NCBI GenBank assembly: GCA_036511795.1
Contig: DATCBO010000073.1
Span: 10,773 to 74,772, forward strand
Length of the DNA: 64,000 bases
DNA from: Xanthobacteraceae bacterium
GTDB taxonomy: Bacteria; Pseudomonadota; Alphaproteobacteria; Rhizobiales; Xanthobacteraceae
Direction: 5' to 3'
The position numbers and the translations under genes are program-made. Below, piece by piece: positions 44,765 through 54,643 of this stretch; the first letter of the stretch is position 1, and each line of letters opens with the position of its first letter. The notes beneath the pieces are model-generated. The model ran no database searches. It saw only the letters and a program-made list of their open reading frames with translations, and had not been told where the DNA came from.

Positions 44765-45744
44765 TTCTGCAGGTCGGCCGGCAGGAACGAAGGATCAATC
44801 ATCTTCGTCAGATCGACGTCCTTGTCGAGCATGCCGACGAGGCGCATGACGTGCGCCGTGGTTTGCAAAAGCGGCATCTCGATCCGGCCCTCGCTGTAAA
44901 ACTTCGCCGCGACCAGCTGGTGCATCATGGCGCTGACGTCTTTGGGCGGCAGCGGCGCGTACACCTTCTCCAGAACCTTGCTGGCGTCGTCGGTATGCTG
45001 GTCGATGAACTGAACCGCCTCGCGCCGCGCGATGAGGATGGCGCGCAATTTGTCGGGATGATTCTTGATCAGGTCTGTGCTGGCGATGCCGGCCGCGGGC
45101 GGCAGTTCGGGCAGTTCGCTCGGTCCCATGATGACATGGTACTTGCTCTCGCCGCCGCGCATCATGAACAGGATGCCCGGAATGGACGTTGCGTCGACGA
45201 CGTGGTTCTCGAGCGCGGTCAATGCGCCGGCCAGATTGCCGAGCGCGACGCGCTGAACGTCGCCGGGTTTAAGCCCGACTTTTTCGGCGGCCGCCACGAT
45301 CGTCATCTCGCCGAGCGATTTCGGATTGCTGATGGCGAATTTCTTGCCCTTGAGGTCCTTGACCGATTTGATCGGCGAGCCCGGCATGACGATGATGACG
45401 TTGTCGGCGAGCGAGCGAGTGCCGATATTGACGATCTTGAGGTCCTGGCCCTGGCTGATGGCGGCGATTGCGGCCGCCGGCGAGGTTTCGCCGAAGCCGA
45501 GCGAGCTTGCGATCACCGCGCGTACCGAGGAGCCGCCGCCTTCGCCGGAAATGACGCCGGTGACGTCGACGCCTGCCTTTTTGAAGAAGCCCTTCTCGAT
45601 GGCGACGCCGTAGGGCGCGCCGGACGGATCATTCTTATACTGGGTGACGAGAAGATCTTCGGCCGCGGCCGGCGACCATGCGGCAACGCACAATGCACTG
45701 ACGCAGACCGCAAGCGCCGCAAATGAGGATTTCGGCTGCAACAT
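44761..45744 (-). CDS. ABC transporter substrate-binding protein (NMT1/SsuA-like, secreted)
   Basis: Start at the second ATG after AAGGAG. Signal peptide MLQPKSSFAALAVCVSALCVAAWSPAAA. Its stop overlaps the GTG start of the ATPase gene. Confidence 0.85.
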   Translation of the reverse strand: MLQPKSSFAALAVCVSALCVAAWSPAAAEDLLVTQYKNDPSGAPYGVAIEKGFFKKAGVDVTGVISGEGGGSSVRAVIASSLGFGETSPAAAIAAISQGQDLKIVNIGTRSLADNVIIVMPGSPIKSVKDLKGKKFAISNPKSLGEMTIVAAAEKVGLKPGDVQRVALGNLAGALTALENHVVDATSIPGILFMMRGGESKYHVIMGPSELPELPPAAGIASTDLIKNHPDKLRAILIARREAVQFIDQHTDDASKVLEKVYAPLPPKDVSAMMHQLVAAKFYSEGRIEMPLLQTTAHVMRLVGMLDKDVDLTKMIDPSFLPADLQK

Positions 45745-45957
45745 ATTCATCTCCTTGGCGTTATACGGAAGCTCGATCGTTTGACCTGCCTCCGGTCCCG
45801 GCGTCTGAGCGCCGCGAAACCGCATTATCGCCTGACCCGCCGCGAATGGGAATGCGGCGTGTTTTGCCAGATGTTTACTTTGCCCACCCTATACTCGCCC
45901 ACCGTCCATCACCGCTCCGGCCCCCCAAGTGCGGCCTCGCTGCGGAGGATCGAGATC

Positions 45958-47670
45958 ATGACGCTGGTCACTGAAGCCGTTCGAGTACCCTTGCCGGCGC
46001 GCGGCGCGCCTGCCACACGCGAGCCGGCCTGGTTCGCGTCCTATCCGGCGGGCGTACCGCGGACAATCGACACCGGCGCCTATCCGTCGCTGCATGCCAT
46101 GCTGCTCGAAGCCTGCCGCGATTTTGCCGAGCGGCCGGCCTTCGAATGCCTGCGCGCGCGTATCACCTATGCCGAGTGGGAACAGTTCAGCCGGGGCTTC
46201 GCGGCATTCCTTGTCGAACAGGCCGGCTGCCGGCCTGGCGACCGCGTCGCCATCATGCTGCCGAACCTGCTGGCCTATCCGGTCGCGTTTCTCGGCGCGC
46301 TGCGTGCCGGCATGACCGCCGTCAACGTCAATCCACTGTATACGCCGCGCGAACTGAAAGAGCAGCTCACCGATTCCGGCGCCACAGTCATCGTCATTCT
46401 GGAAAACTTCGCCCACAAGCTCGAAACCATTATCGCCGAGACGCAGATCCGGCACGTCGTGGTGGCGCGGCTCGGCGACTTCGCGGCACTGTTCAAGCGC
46501 TGGGCGTTCAATCTGGCGAATTCGTACGTCAAGCATGCCGTTCCGACCTGGCATCTGGCAAAATTCACGATGCTGCTGGATGCCTGCAACCACGTACCGA
46601 GCGCGCACTACGTTGACGCGGAGCCGGGAGCGGACGCGGTCGCGCTGCTGCAATATACCGGTGGCACAACCGGCGTCTCCAAGGGCGCGATGCTGTCGCA
46701 TCGCAATCTGATCGCCAACACGCTGCAGTGCTCGGCCTGGCTCGGCTCCGGCGTCCATCTGCCGGAAGAGCGTGTCCTCACGCCGCTGCCGCTTTATCAT
46801 ATCTTCTCGTTGACAGCGAACCTCCTGGTGTTCGCGCATTTCGGCGGCGTGAATGTGCTGATTCCCGATCCGCGCGATCTGCACCGGCTCATTCGCACTA
46901 TGCGCGACGGGCGCATCACCGTGGCATCCGGCGTCAACACGCTGTTCAATGCGCTGGTCAACCGGCCGGACTTCGCGGCGCTCGATTTCAGCGGCTTGCG
47001 CGTCACTATCGGCGGCGGCGCCGCGGTGCAGACGGAAGTTTCCCGCCGCTGGCGCAAAATCACCGGCCGAGACCTGGTCGAAGGCTACGGTTTGACCGAA
47101 GCGTCGCCGGTGGTCTGCATCAATCCGCTCGACAGTCCGAAGCTCGGCACGGTCGGCTTGCCGGTACCGTCGACCGAGGTCACGGTCCGCGACGACATGG
47201 GCTCGATACTCGGTCCGGGCGAGGAGGGCGAAGTCTGGGTACGCGGTCCGCAGGTCATGCGGGGTTACTGGCAACGGCCCGAGGAAACCAGGCGTGTGCT
47301 CACCACCGACGGCTGGCTGCGCACCGGCGATATCGGCACCTTCGATCCGCGGGGCTTTCTGCAACTGCTCGACCGCAAGAAGGACTTGATCATCGTGTCC
47401 GGCTTCAAGGTCTTCCCCAACGAGGTCGAGGATGTCACGATGCTGCATCCCGGCGTGCTTGAAGCTGCGGTGATCGGCGTACCGGACGCGCGCACCGGCG
47501 AGGCGGTGAAGCTGTTTGTTGTCAAGCGCGATGCGGCGCTCACCGCGGCGGATCTGACGAAGTTTCTGCAGGCGCGTCTGGTCAACTACAAGCGGCCGCA
47601 TATCATTGAGTTCCGCGACAGCCTGCCGAAGAGCAATATCGGCAAGATTCTGCGCAAGGAGCTGCGTTAA
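45958..47670 (+). CDS. fadD: Long-chain fatty-acid--CoA ligase
   Basis: ATG after GGAGG. AMP-binding motif LQYTGGTTGVSKGAMLSHRNL; GYGLTEASP; C-terminal SGFKVFPNEVEDV...LPKSNIGKILRKELR. Confidence 0.9.
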   Translation: MTLVTEAVRVPLPARGAPATREPAWFASYPAGVPRTIDTGAYPSLHAMLLEACRDFAERPAFECLRARITYAEWEQFSRGFAAFLVEQAGCRPGDRVAIMLPNLLAYPVAFLGALRAGMTAVNVNPLYTPRELKEQLTDSGATVIVILENFAHKLETIIAETQIRHVVVARLGDFAALFKRWAFNLANSYVKHAVPTWHLAKFTMLLDACNHVPSAHYVDAEPGADAVALLQYTGGTTGVSKGAMLSHRNLIANTLQCSAWLGSGVHLPEERVLTPLPLYHIFSLTANLLVFAHFGGVNVLIPDPRDLHRLIRTMRDGRITVASGVNTLFNALVNRPDFAALDFSGLRVTIGGGAAVQTEVSRRWRKITGRDLVEGYGLTEASPVVCINPLDSPKLGTVGLPVPSTEVTVRDDMGSILGPGEEGEVWVRGPQVMRGYWQRPEETRRVLTTDGWLRTGDIGTFDPRGFLQLLDRKKDLIIVSGFKVFPNEVEDVTMLHPGVLEAAVIGVPDARTGEAVKLFVVKRDAALTAADLTKFLQARLVNYKRPHIIEFRDSLPKSNIGKILRKELR

Positions 47671-47723
47671 TTCGCACCCAAGTCAGTCGGCGCGGCGCGC
47701 TTTCGCGCATCGCGGCAAGCGCG

Positions 47724-49094
47724 GTGTTCGTGCCGGCGGTGTTCTCGAGCCGTCGCGCCTTCGCACAACCGCTGCCGCTGCCCAGCGTCGCGCCGAGCGA
47801 CGCGATGCTGCTGCGTCCCGGCGACGCACAGTTTTCGACATACGAGGCCGCCTTCAATGGCCGCACCATGCTGACGCCGCAGCTGCGGGCGATGTGCAAG
47901 ACCGCCAACGGCGTTGGCGTCATGGTGGATTGGTGCCGGTCCAACAGTCAGGCGTTTGCGCTGCGGTGCGGCGGGCATTCCTATGAGGGCTTCTCGCAAA
48001 GCACGAGCGTCGTCATCGACACCCGCATGATCAATGCGATCAGCGTCGATAAGGCCGCCAAGACGGTGACGGTCGGTGCCGGCGCGTCGCTCGGGGCCAT
48101 CTACAAGGCCGTTTGGCCGCATAACCTGGCGTTTGCCGCCGGCAGCTGCCCGACGGTCGGCATATCCGGCCACGCGCTCGGCGGCGGTTACGGCAATCTC
48201 GCCCGGCCGTTCGGGTTGACTTGCGATAACCTGCTGTCGATCGATCTGGTCGACCCGCAAGGACACCAGTTGCACGCCGACACGCAGCAGAACCCCGATC
48301 TGTTCTGGGCCTGCCGCGGCGGTGGCGGCGGTAGCTTCGGCTTTACGCTGCGCCCTTTGAACAGCGTCCTGGTGTTCAAGATCGACTGGTCTGGGATTTC
48401 GCTGGCCCATGCAGTTTCAATCATGAAACAATGGCAGGCCTGGGCCCCGCAGGCTCCGGCCTCCATCAATGTCAATCTGGTCATCACCCGGCATACTGGC
48501 GGCGGCATTGATCTGCGCTGCTCCGGCCAGTCGACTGGCTCGCTCAGCGAACTCAAGCGCGAGCTGAAACCGCTATCATCCGCACCGCAGATCAGGTCGA
48601 TGCCGTTTTCCGCGTCGATCAATTATTTTGCCGGCGGAGCGAGCGGCTGGGCCTATCAGTCGGCGCCGATGAAGGGGAAGTCCGACTTTGTCACGTCGCC
48701 AATGGGCGATACGGGAGTTACGGCGTTGATGAACGAGATCGATGCCAAGAAGACCGTTTACGTGATCTGCGACGCCTATGGCGGCGCGATTGCCGACGTT
48801 GCGGCCGATGCAACGGGTTTCGCTCATCGCAAAGGCACGCTGTTTTCGATCCAATATGGCAGCCAATGGAGCAACGCTGCCGACACGCCGCAACGCCTCG
48901 CCGACATGCGCGATCTGTACACGGCGATGCGGCCATATGTTTCCGGCGGCGCCTACGTCAACTACTGCGATCTCGATCTGGCGGATTGGCAAAATGCATA
49001 CTGGGGCGCAAATCTTCTGCGGCTGAAGCAGATCAAATCGGCGTTCGATTCCGGCAATGTGTTTCGGCACGCCCAGAGCGTCCCGTTGGCCTGA
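47724..49094 (+). CDS. FAD-linked oxidase with BBE domain (probably Tat-exported; true start likely upstream)
   Basis: FAD_binding_4 pattern FALRCGGHSYEGFS...GSCPTVGISGHALGGGYG...DLFWACRGGGGGSFG. C-terminal BBE-like YVNYCD. See the finding on the upstream Tat motif. Confidence 0.85.
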   Translation: MFVPAVFSSRRAFAQPLPLPSVAPSDAMLLRPGDAQFSTYEAAFNGRTMLTPQLRAMCKTANGVGVMVDWCRSNSQAFALRCGGHSYEGFSQSTSVVIDTRMINAISVDKAAKTVTVGAGASLGAIYKAVWPHNLAFAAGSCPTVGISGHALGGGYGNLARPFGLTCDNLLSIDLVDPQGHQLHADTQQNPDLFWACRGGGGGSFGFTLRPLNSVLVFKIDWSGISLAHAVSIMKQWQAWAPQAPASINVNLVITRHTGGGIDLRCSGQSTGSLSELKRELKPLSSAPQIRSMPFSASINYFAGGASGWAYQSAPMKGKSDFVTSPMGDTGVTALMNEIDAKKTVYVICDAYGGAIADVAADATGFAHRKGTLFSIQYGSQWSNAADTPQRLADMRDLYTAMRPYVSGGAYVNYCDLDLADWQNAYWGANLLRLKQIKSAFDSGNVFRHAQSVPLA

Positions 49095-49204
49095 TGCTTC
49101 GTCGGTGACCGCTATGCCAGCCATGCCGCGGGAGCGCCTTCCTGCTCCCATGACGGCATGCTAACCGTAACCCGATAAATCACAATGCGCGAGGACGGCA
49201 GGAA

Positions 49205-50185
49205 ATGCCCAAGTTACAGCTTTCGTTTGCGAGCGGCCTCTATGACCGGATGCAGCCGCTCTATACGGGCGAGGTGAAGCCCGACGGAATTGACCTCAAT
49301 TTCATCGCCATCGACCAGCCACGCCCGATCTTCGATCGTATGTCCGGCGGGCAGGAATTCGATGTTTCCGAATATTCGCTGTCTGAATTCACGCAGCGGT
49401 TTACCCGCAACGAGTGCCCGTTCGTCGCCATCCCGGTATTCCCGTCGATCGCCTTCCGCATGGGCTACATCGCCATCAACAAGAAGTCCGGCATCAAGAC
49501 GCCCAAGGACCTCGAAGGCAAGCGCATCGGCGTGCCGCTCTACACGATGACGGCCGCCATCTTCATCAACGGCATTCTGCATCACGAATTCGGCGTCGAC
49601 CTCACCAAGGTCAAATGGGTACAGAGCGCCATGAATGAAGCGGGTTCGCATGGCAGTCCGACCGTGCTGCCGCTTCTGAAGAACATGTCGATTGAAAACA
49701 ACAAGTCAAAAAAGACGCTGGGGCAATTGCTTGCCGATGGCGAGATCGATGCGACGCTGGGCACCAGCCTGCCGGAGGAAATTCGCACCAATCCCGACAT
49801 CGTGCGGTTGTTCCCGAACTTTGTCGAAGTCGATACCGACCTCTGGAAACGCAAGGGCATCTATCCGATCATGCACACCATCGCCATCAAGAAGAGCGTC
49901 TACGAGCGCTATCCATTTGTGGCGACGAGTCTCTATGACGCCTTCGTGAAGGCGAAGAAGATTGCGCTGGCAAAGATGTTCAATCTGCGCGCCGTTCGTT
50001 ACATGACGCCGTTCCTGATGCGGGAGATTGACGATATCTGGGAGGTTTTCAACGGCGATCCATGGCCCTACGGCATCGAGCCGATGCGGCGAACCATCGA
50101 GGCCCTTATCCTTTATCAACAGACGCTCGGCCTGACCGATCGCGGCGTGAAGGCCGACGACCTGTTCGTGCCGACATTCGGCTGA
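49205..50185 (+). CDS. 4,5-dihydroxyphthalate decarboxylase-like PBP-fold enzyme
   Basis: 326 aa, no signal peptide. LSFASGLYDRMQPLYTGEVKPDGIDLNFIAIDQPRPIFDRMSGGQEFDVSEYSLSEF...GKRIGVPLYTMTAA...ADGEIDA...YPIMHTIAIKK parallels the Pht5/PhtD-type decarboxylases as I recall them. Confidence 0.7.
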   Translation: MPKLQLSFASGLYDRMQPLYTGEVKPDGIDLNFIAIDQPRPIFDRMSGGQEFDVSEYSLSEFTQRFTRNECPFVAIPVFPSIAFRMGYIAINKKSGIKTPKDLEGKRIGVPLYTMTAAIFINGILHHEFGVDLTKVKWVQSAMNEAGSHGSPTVLPLLKNMSIENNKSKKTLGQLLADGEIDATLGTSLPEEIRTNPDIVRLFPNFVEVDTDLWKRKGIYPIMHTIAIKKSVYERYPFVATSLYDAFVKAKKIALAKMFNLRAVRYMTPFLMREIDDIWEVFNGDPWPYGIEPMRRTIEALILYQQTLGLTDRGVKADDLFVPTFG

Positions 50186-50229
50186 TCGCAAATCCTGTCC
50201 CGAACAACGACAAGCTGGAACAAATCACC

Positions 50230-50982
50230 ATGAGCCAAGTCGAAGACATCCTGCGTGACCTCGTTGTCGCCAATCGCATCTTGTCCAATGAAGACGTGGT
50301 CGACGCCTACGGCCACATCAGCGTGCGCCATCCCGACAATCCCAAGCGCTTCTTTATGTCGCGCTCGCGTGCGCCGGAGCTGGTCGAGCGTCACGATCTC
50401 ATCGAGTTCGACCAGGAGGGCGAGCCGATCAACGACAAGCGCTCGCCGTATCTCGAGCGTTTCATTCATGCGGCGATTTTCGAGTCACGGCCCGACGTCG
50501 TGGCGGTGGTTCATGCCCACGCCGAGGACACACTGCCGTTCGGCCTGATCAACAAGCCGCTCGAACCGGTCATCCATTCCGGCAGCTTCATTGGCGGCAA
50601 GGTGCCGGTCTGGGATATCCGCAAGAAATTCGGCGACACCGACCTTCTGGTGCGCAACATGGCGCAGGGCCGCGATCTGGCGAAATGCATGGGCAGGGGC
50701 GACGTCGCGCTGATGCGCGGCCACGGCTTTGCCTCGGCAGGACGCTCGATCATCGACGTCGTGCGGCTTTCGGTCTACCTGCCGCGCAACGCGCGCGTGC
50801 AGATGAATGCGATGCGCATGGGCGGCAAGCCAAAGACGCTGTCCAAGGGCGAGATCGCCTCGCGCGGCAAGGGCGATAGCTACAAGCCGACCTCGCCGAC
50901 AACCTGGCGCGCCTGGGAGTACTGGGCAACGAAGTGCGGGTGCGGCGACATGATCGGCAAACCGCCCAAGCACGAACACTGA
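50230..50982 (+). CDS. Class II aldolase/adducin-domain protein
   Basis: Start MSQVEDILRDLVVANRILS...DAYGHISVRHP...VVAVVHAHAEDTLPF...MRGHGFASAG, a typical class II aldolase/adducin N-terminal domain. Confidence 0.85.
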   Translation: MSQVEDILRDLVVANRILSNEDVVDAYGHISVRHPDNPKRFFMSRSRAPELVERHDLIEFDQEGEPINDKRSPYLERFIHAAIFESRPDVVAVVHAHAEDTLPFGLINKPLEPVIHSGSFIGGKVPVWDIRKKFGDTDLLVRNMAQGRDLAKCMGRGDVALMRGHGFASAGRSIIDVVRLSVYLPRNARVQMNAMRMGGKPKTLSKGEIASRGKGDSYKPTSPTTWRAWEYWATKCGCGDMIGKPPKHEH

Positions 50983-50999
50983 AGTCATTTCCAAATGAA

Positions 51000-51023
51000 G
51001 ATGGCCGGGAAAGCCCGGCCATC
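51000..51023. terminator. Perfect 10-bp hairpin between convergent genes
   Basis: GATGGCCGGG-aaag-CCCGGCCATC. A weak T-tract is present on the minus-strand side only. Confidence 0.5.
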
Positions 51024-51055
51024 CAAACCACAAGTGACCGCTGACGAAGCAGCGT

Positions 51056-52273
51056 CTATTGCAGCGTCAATTCGGTGACTTTGCCGTGCTTGTCGCGGCC
51101 CTGCGCGTAGTATTGGCCGATGTTGTGCATCAGCGCGGCGTCGGACACTGAATAGACGATGGCGTCCTCCTTGCCGGCATTGATGTGGCGGCGCCACATG
51201 AAGTTCGGCACGACGAACAGATCGTTGTGGCTCCACTCGAAGCGCTTGCCGCCGACTTCCGTGGTGCCGGTGCCTTCGATGCACACATAATAGGTGCCCG
51301 CGGTCTCGCGCTTCCATTCGGTCTCTTCGCCCGGCCGCAGCAATTGCGCCGAGTAGTTCAGCGTCTTGAACACCGGTTCGCCGGTGACCGGATTGACGAA
51401 GTCGACCTTGATGCCTTCGTGCGGATCGCCCTTTTCCTTGCGCAGACTGTGCAGCATGTCCTTCACGTCTTCGCCGCGGAAATGGAACAGCGGCGCGGGA
51501 TTATGGCCGACACCGCGCTGATGGCTGACGAAGGTGGGCTTGAGGCCGCCGTGGCCGTAAAGGTGGCGTGAATAACCTTCGCTGACGGTGACGGCCTGCA
51601 CGTTGGTGTTGCCCTGCGCGCCCGGCATGTTGTGATCGACCCAGGCGGCGTCGAGGAATTCCATCAGCGGCCAGTCGAGCGTGTCGATCCAGACGCACGG
51701 CTCATCGGAGTCGTTGCCATGGTCGTGCCAAGTTCCGTTTGGCGTCAAAATCAGATCACCCCGGTTGGCGGTGACGCGTTCGCCCTCGACGACGGTGTAG
51801 CCGCCCGTTTTAGAAAGGATCGTGCGGCTAGCGTTCGGCGAATGCAGATGCACCGGCGCCACGTCGCCCGGATTATAGATCGAGATTGCGCAGCGGATGG
51901 TGTTGGTGACCTGGAGGCGGCCGTTAAGTCCGGGATTGAGGAGAAGGATACTTTGGCGGTCGGCAAACTCGATAGGCGACACGTCGGCCTTCCGGGCGAT
52001 CTCTGAAATCTGTTTGAGGTAGCCGCTATATTCATTCCACTTCCACTGATACGGCGCGGTCTTCAACTGGGCGACCGCGACGCGGCCGCTCGCGAGCTGG
52101 CCGGAACCTTCGCCGCTTGTCTCGCTGAACCACGGGCGTTGCGCGGGAGCGTTGGCCTGGGTGCGGACCCAGACGTTATGCTTGCCGGCGTCGGTGTTGA
52201 TGGCCTCCATCAACTCGCGCGCTTTGTTCGACAGTCCGCTCGGCGCGGGGGTCTTCATTGTTACCGTGGCCAT
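51056..52273 (-). CDS. Bicupin dioxygenase (gentisate/1-hydroxy-2-naphthoate 1,2-dioxygenase-like)
   Basis: Start MATVTMKTPA after GGAG. The first cupin has the His motif GDVAPVHLHSPNASRTIL...GTWHDHGN. The second cupin is near the C-terminus. Confidence 0.75.
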   Translation of the reverse strand: MATVTMKTPAPSGLSNKARELMEAINTDAGKHNVWVRTQANAPAQRPWFSETSGEGSGQLASGRVAVAQLKTAPYQWKWNEYSGYLKQISEIARKADVSPIEFADRQSILLLNPGLNGRLQVTNTIRCAISIYNPGDVAPVHLHSPNASRTILSKTGGYTVVEGERVTANRGDLILTPNGTWHDHGNDSDEPCVWIDTLDWPLMEFLDAAWVDHNMPGAQGNTNVQAVTVSEGYSRHLYGHGGLKPTFVSHQRGVGHNPAPLFHFRGEDVKDMLHSLRKEKGDPHEGIKVDFVNPVTGEPVFKTLNYSAQLLRPGEETEWKRETAGTYYVCIEGTGTTEVGGKRFEWSHNDLFVVPNFMWRRHINAGKEDAIVYSVSDAALMHNIGQYYAQGRDKHGKVTELTLQ

Positions 52274-52600
52274 GATCACGTCTCCTGCAAAAAACGGGGC
52301 CAAAAGATAGGCCGGTTGTCGTCCCTAACCCTAATGGCGGCCGGGAATTTTTGTCTTCAGACGGCAATTTCCTGGCCTTTGCCAGACGTATAGTGTCTCG
52401 GCCTGCCGTTTGCAAAGGCGTGGGGGCGGCGTGCCGCGATGCGTGCCCCGCCGAAAAATCATAGCCGTTCTGGATCTGATCGGGCCTCTCGGCTGCTCGA
52501 TCATGCCTGTCGCGGCCAACCTCGCAAACGTCGACCGCCCCCATGTCACATCCCCGGGTTCTGCCTCGTCTCCCAGGCAGAGATAAATCGGCACTCGGAG

Positions 52601-53804
52601 ATGACTGTGACAAGCGAAACATTGACGGCCGGCGCTGCACCACGATCACGCGTCGTCCGCTACAGCGCGCTCGCCTTCTTCCTTCTGGTTGCCAATTTGC
52701 GGCCGCCGCTGACGGCAGTTGGTCCGCTGCTGGAGACGATCCGGTCGAGCCTCGGACTTTCCAGCGCTGCGGCGGGACTGCTTCCCACTTTGCCTTTGCT
52801 GATCTTTGCCGGCGTCTCGCCGTTCGCCGGCCTGGGAGATTTATTCGGCATCGAAAGGATGCTTGCGGGTTGCCTGGCGCTGGTCGCCGCCGGCGTCGCT
52901 CTGCGATCGGAAGGTTCAGTCGCTGCACTGTTTGGCGGCACTGTGATCTTTGCCATCGGCATCGGCGTCGCAAATGTTTTGGCGCCAAGCGTGATCAAGC
53001 GCGACTTCCCGAGCCACGTCGGACGCATGACCGCCGCCTACGTGATGGTTATGGCCCTGACGGGCGCGATTGCGACGGGGTTGGCCGTGCCGTTTTCTGT
53101 CCATCTCGCCGGCGGCTGGCGCTCGTCGCTCGCCATCTGGGCGGCGCTCCCCGCGCTCGCGCTGGTATGCTGGTTGCCGGAAATGCGCAGAACGAGCGCG
53201 CGCCCTGTCCAGCGGGTGGAAATCCCGGAGCACAAAAAACCGATCTAGCGTTACGTCATGGCGTGGCAGGTCGCGATCTTCATGGGCCTGCAATTTCTCA
53301 TCTACTACGTGACTATCGGCTGGGTGCCGGTTGTTTCTCGCCGATCACGGCTATTCGCCCGCCGAGGCTGGCTGGCTCTTGACGCTCTACCAGGCAGTGT
53401 CTTTTGCAGTTGGTCTTGTTGCCCCCACATTGATGCGGCGCGGACATGACCAGCACATGCTGGCGGTCGTGACCTCTTTGATCACGGCGCTGTGCATCTT
53501 CGGGCTTTTCATCGCGCCCGGTCTCGCCGGCCTTTGGTTCGTCATCTGCGGCGGCTCGTTCGGCATCACCTTCATCCTGGCGTTCGCTCTCATTGGCATG
53601 CGGACGAGCGACCATCGCCGCGCCGCATCGCTGTCGACCATGTCGCAAGCGACGGCCTATCTGATCGCAGCCGCAGGCCCAGTCGCTTTCGGATGGCTTC
53701 GCGATATCGCTGCGGGGTGTACGATTCCGATGCTGAGCCTTGTGGCCGTTGCGGTCATCCAGGCTGTCGCCGGGCTAGGCGCGGGCCGGCAACGCCAAGT
53801 CTGA
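52601..53804 (+). pseudogene. CynX/YeaN-like MFS transporter gene disrupted by an in-frame TAG and a frameshift
   Basis: One reading frame gives MTVTSETL...EHKKPI-TAG(53246-53248)-RYVMAWQVAIFMGLQFLIYYVTIGWVP. Homology then continues in another frame (LFLADHGYSPAEAGWLLTLYQ...), with the shift near 53328-53336. Confidence 0.7.
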
Positions 53805-53845
53805 CGTATCGGCCGGACCGACCAGATCGATGCCGAACGAGTGGT

Positions 53846-54628
53846 TTATCCGGCTGCCAAAAAGTCGGTGACTGCGCGGTTGAATTCCACCGGCCGGTCC
53901 ATGTTGGAGATATGGCCGGCACCGGGCAGCTCAACATAGCGCGAGCCGTTGAGCTTGTCGTGCAGCTTGCGCATGGCCGGCGCGGGAGCGTCCTTTTCGC
54001 CGACCAAAAATAGCACCGGGTGCTTCACGCTCGTAATAGCGGAGGCGTAATCGTGATCGGCCAGCGCCGCGGCGCAGCCGATGAAGCCGTTGACCGGCGT
54101 TGATCGAAACATGGCGCGTATCTTATCGAGATACGGCGGGTTCTTGGCGTACGTGTCGGGCGGAAACCAGCGCGAAATGGTCGGCTCGACAAGTGACTCG
54201 ATGCCTTGCTTCTGCGCCACCGCAATGCGCTCTTCCCATTGCTGCGCGCTTTGCGGCGTCGATTGGCAAGGCGAGTCGCAGACGATGATGCGATTGAAGC
54301 GTTCGGGGTGGCGCTCGGCGAGTCCGATTGCGGTCGCGCCTCCCATGGAGAGCCCGGCGAAATGCGCCTTGTCAATATGCAGGGCGTCGAGCAAGCCGAG
54401 CGCGTCGGCCAGCAGCGCGTCGAATGAATAGCGGCCGGCCGGCGCATCGCTGCCGCCATGACCGCGCTGGTCGTAACGCAGCACGCGGTAGGAGCCCTTC
54501 AGGGCGGCGGCCTGCTCGTCCCACATCGCGGTCGAGGTGGCGAGCGAGTTGGAGAACACGATCCACGGCGCACCCTCCGGCCCGTCGATCTGACAGTTGA
54601 TGTTGATACCGTTGGTGTTGATCTTCAT
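53846..54628 (-). CDS. Alpha/beta hydrolase, 3-oxoadipate enol-lactonase-like
   Basis: 260 aa; RVLRYDQRGHGGSD...HFAGLSMGG nucleophile elbow (G-x-S-x-G); C-terminal GAGHISNMD. Confidence 0.8.
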   Translation of the reverse strand: MKINTNGININCQIDGPEGAPWIVFSNSLATSTAMWDEQAAALKGSYRVLRYDQRGHGGSDAPAGRYSFDALLADALGLLDALHIDKAHFAGLSMGGATAIGLAERHPERFNRIIVCDSPCQSTPQSAQQWEERIAVAQKQGIESLVEPTISRWFPPDTYAKNPPYLDKIRAMFRSTPVNGFIGCAAALADHDYASAITSVKHPVLFLVGEKDAPAPAMRKLHDKLNGSRYVELPGAGHISNMDRPVEFNRAVTDFLAAG

Positions 54629-54643
54629 GACGTCTCTCTGGGG

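Noticed and set aside
52176-52988. 270-aa minus-strand ORF across the bicupin promoter region and the 5' part of the CynX-like pseudogene
   Set aside because: It is Arg/Pro/Ser-rich and antisense to recognisable MFS helices. It spans an intergenic region.
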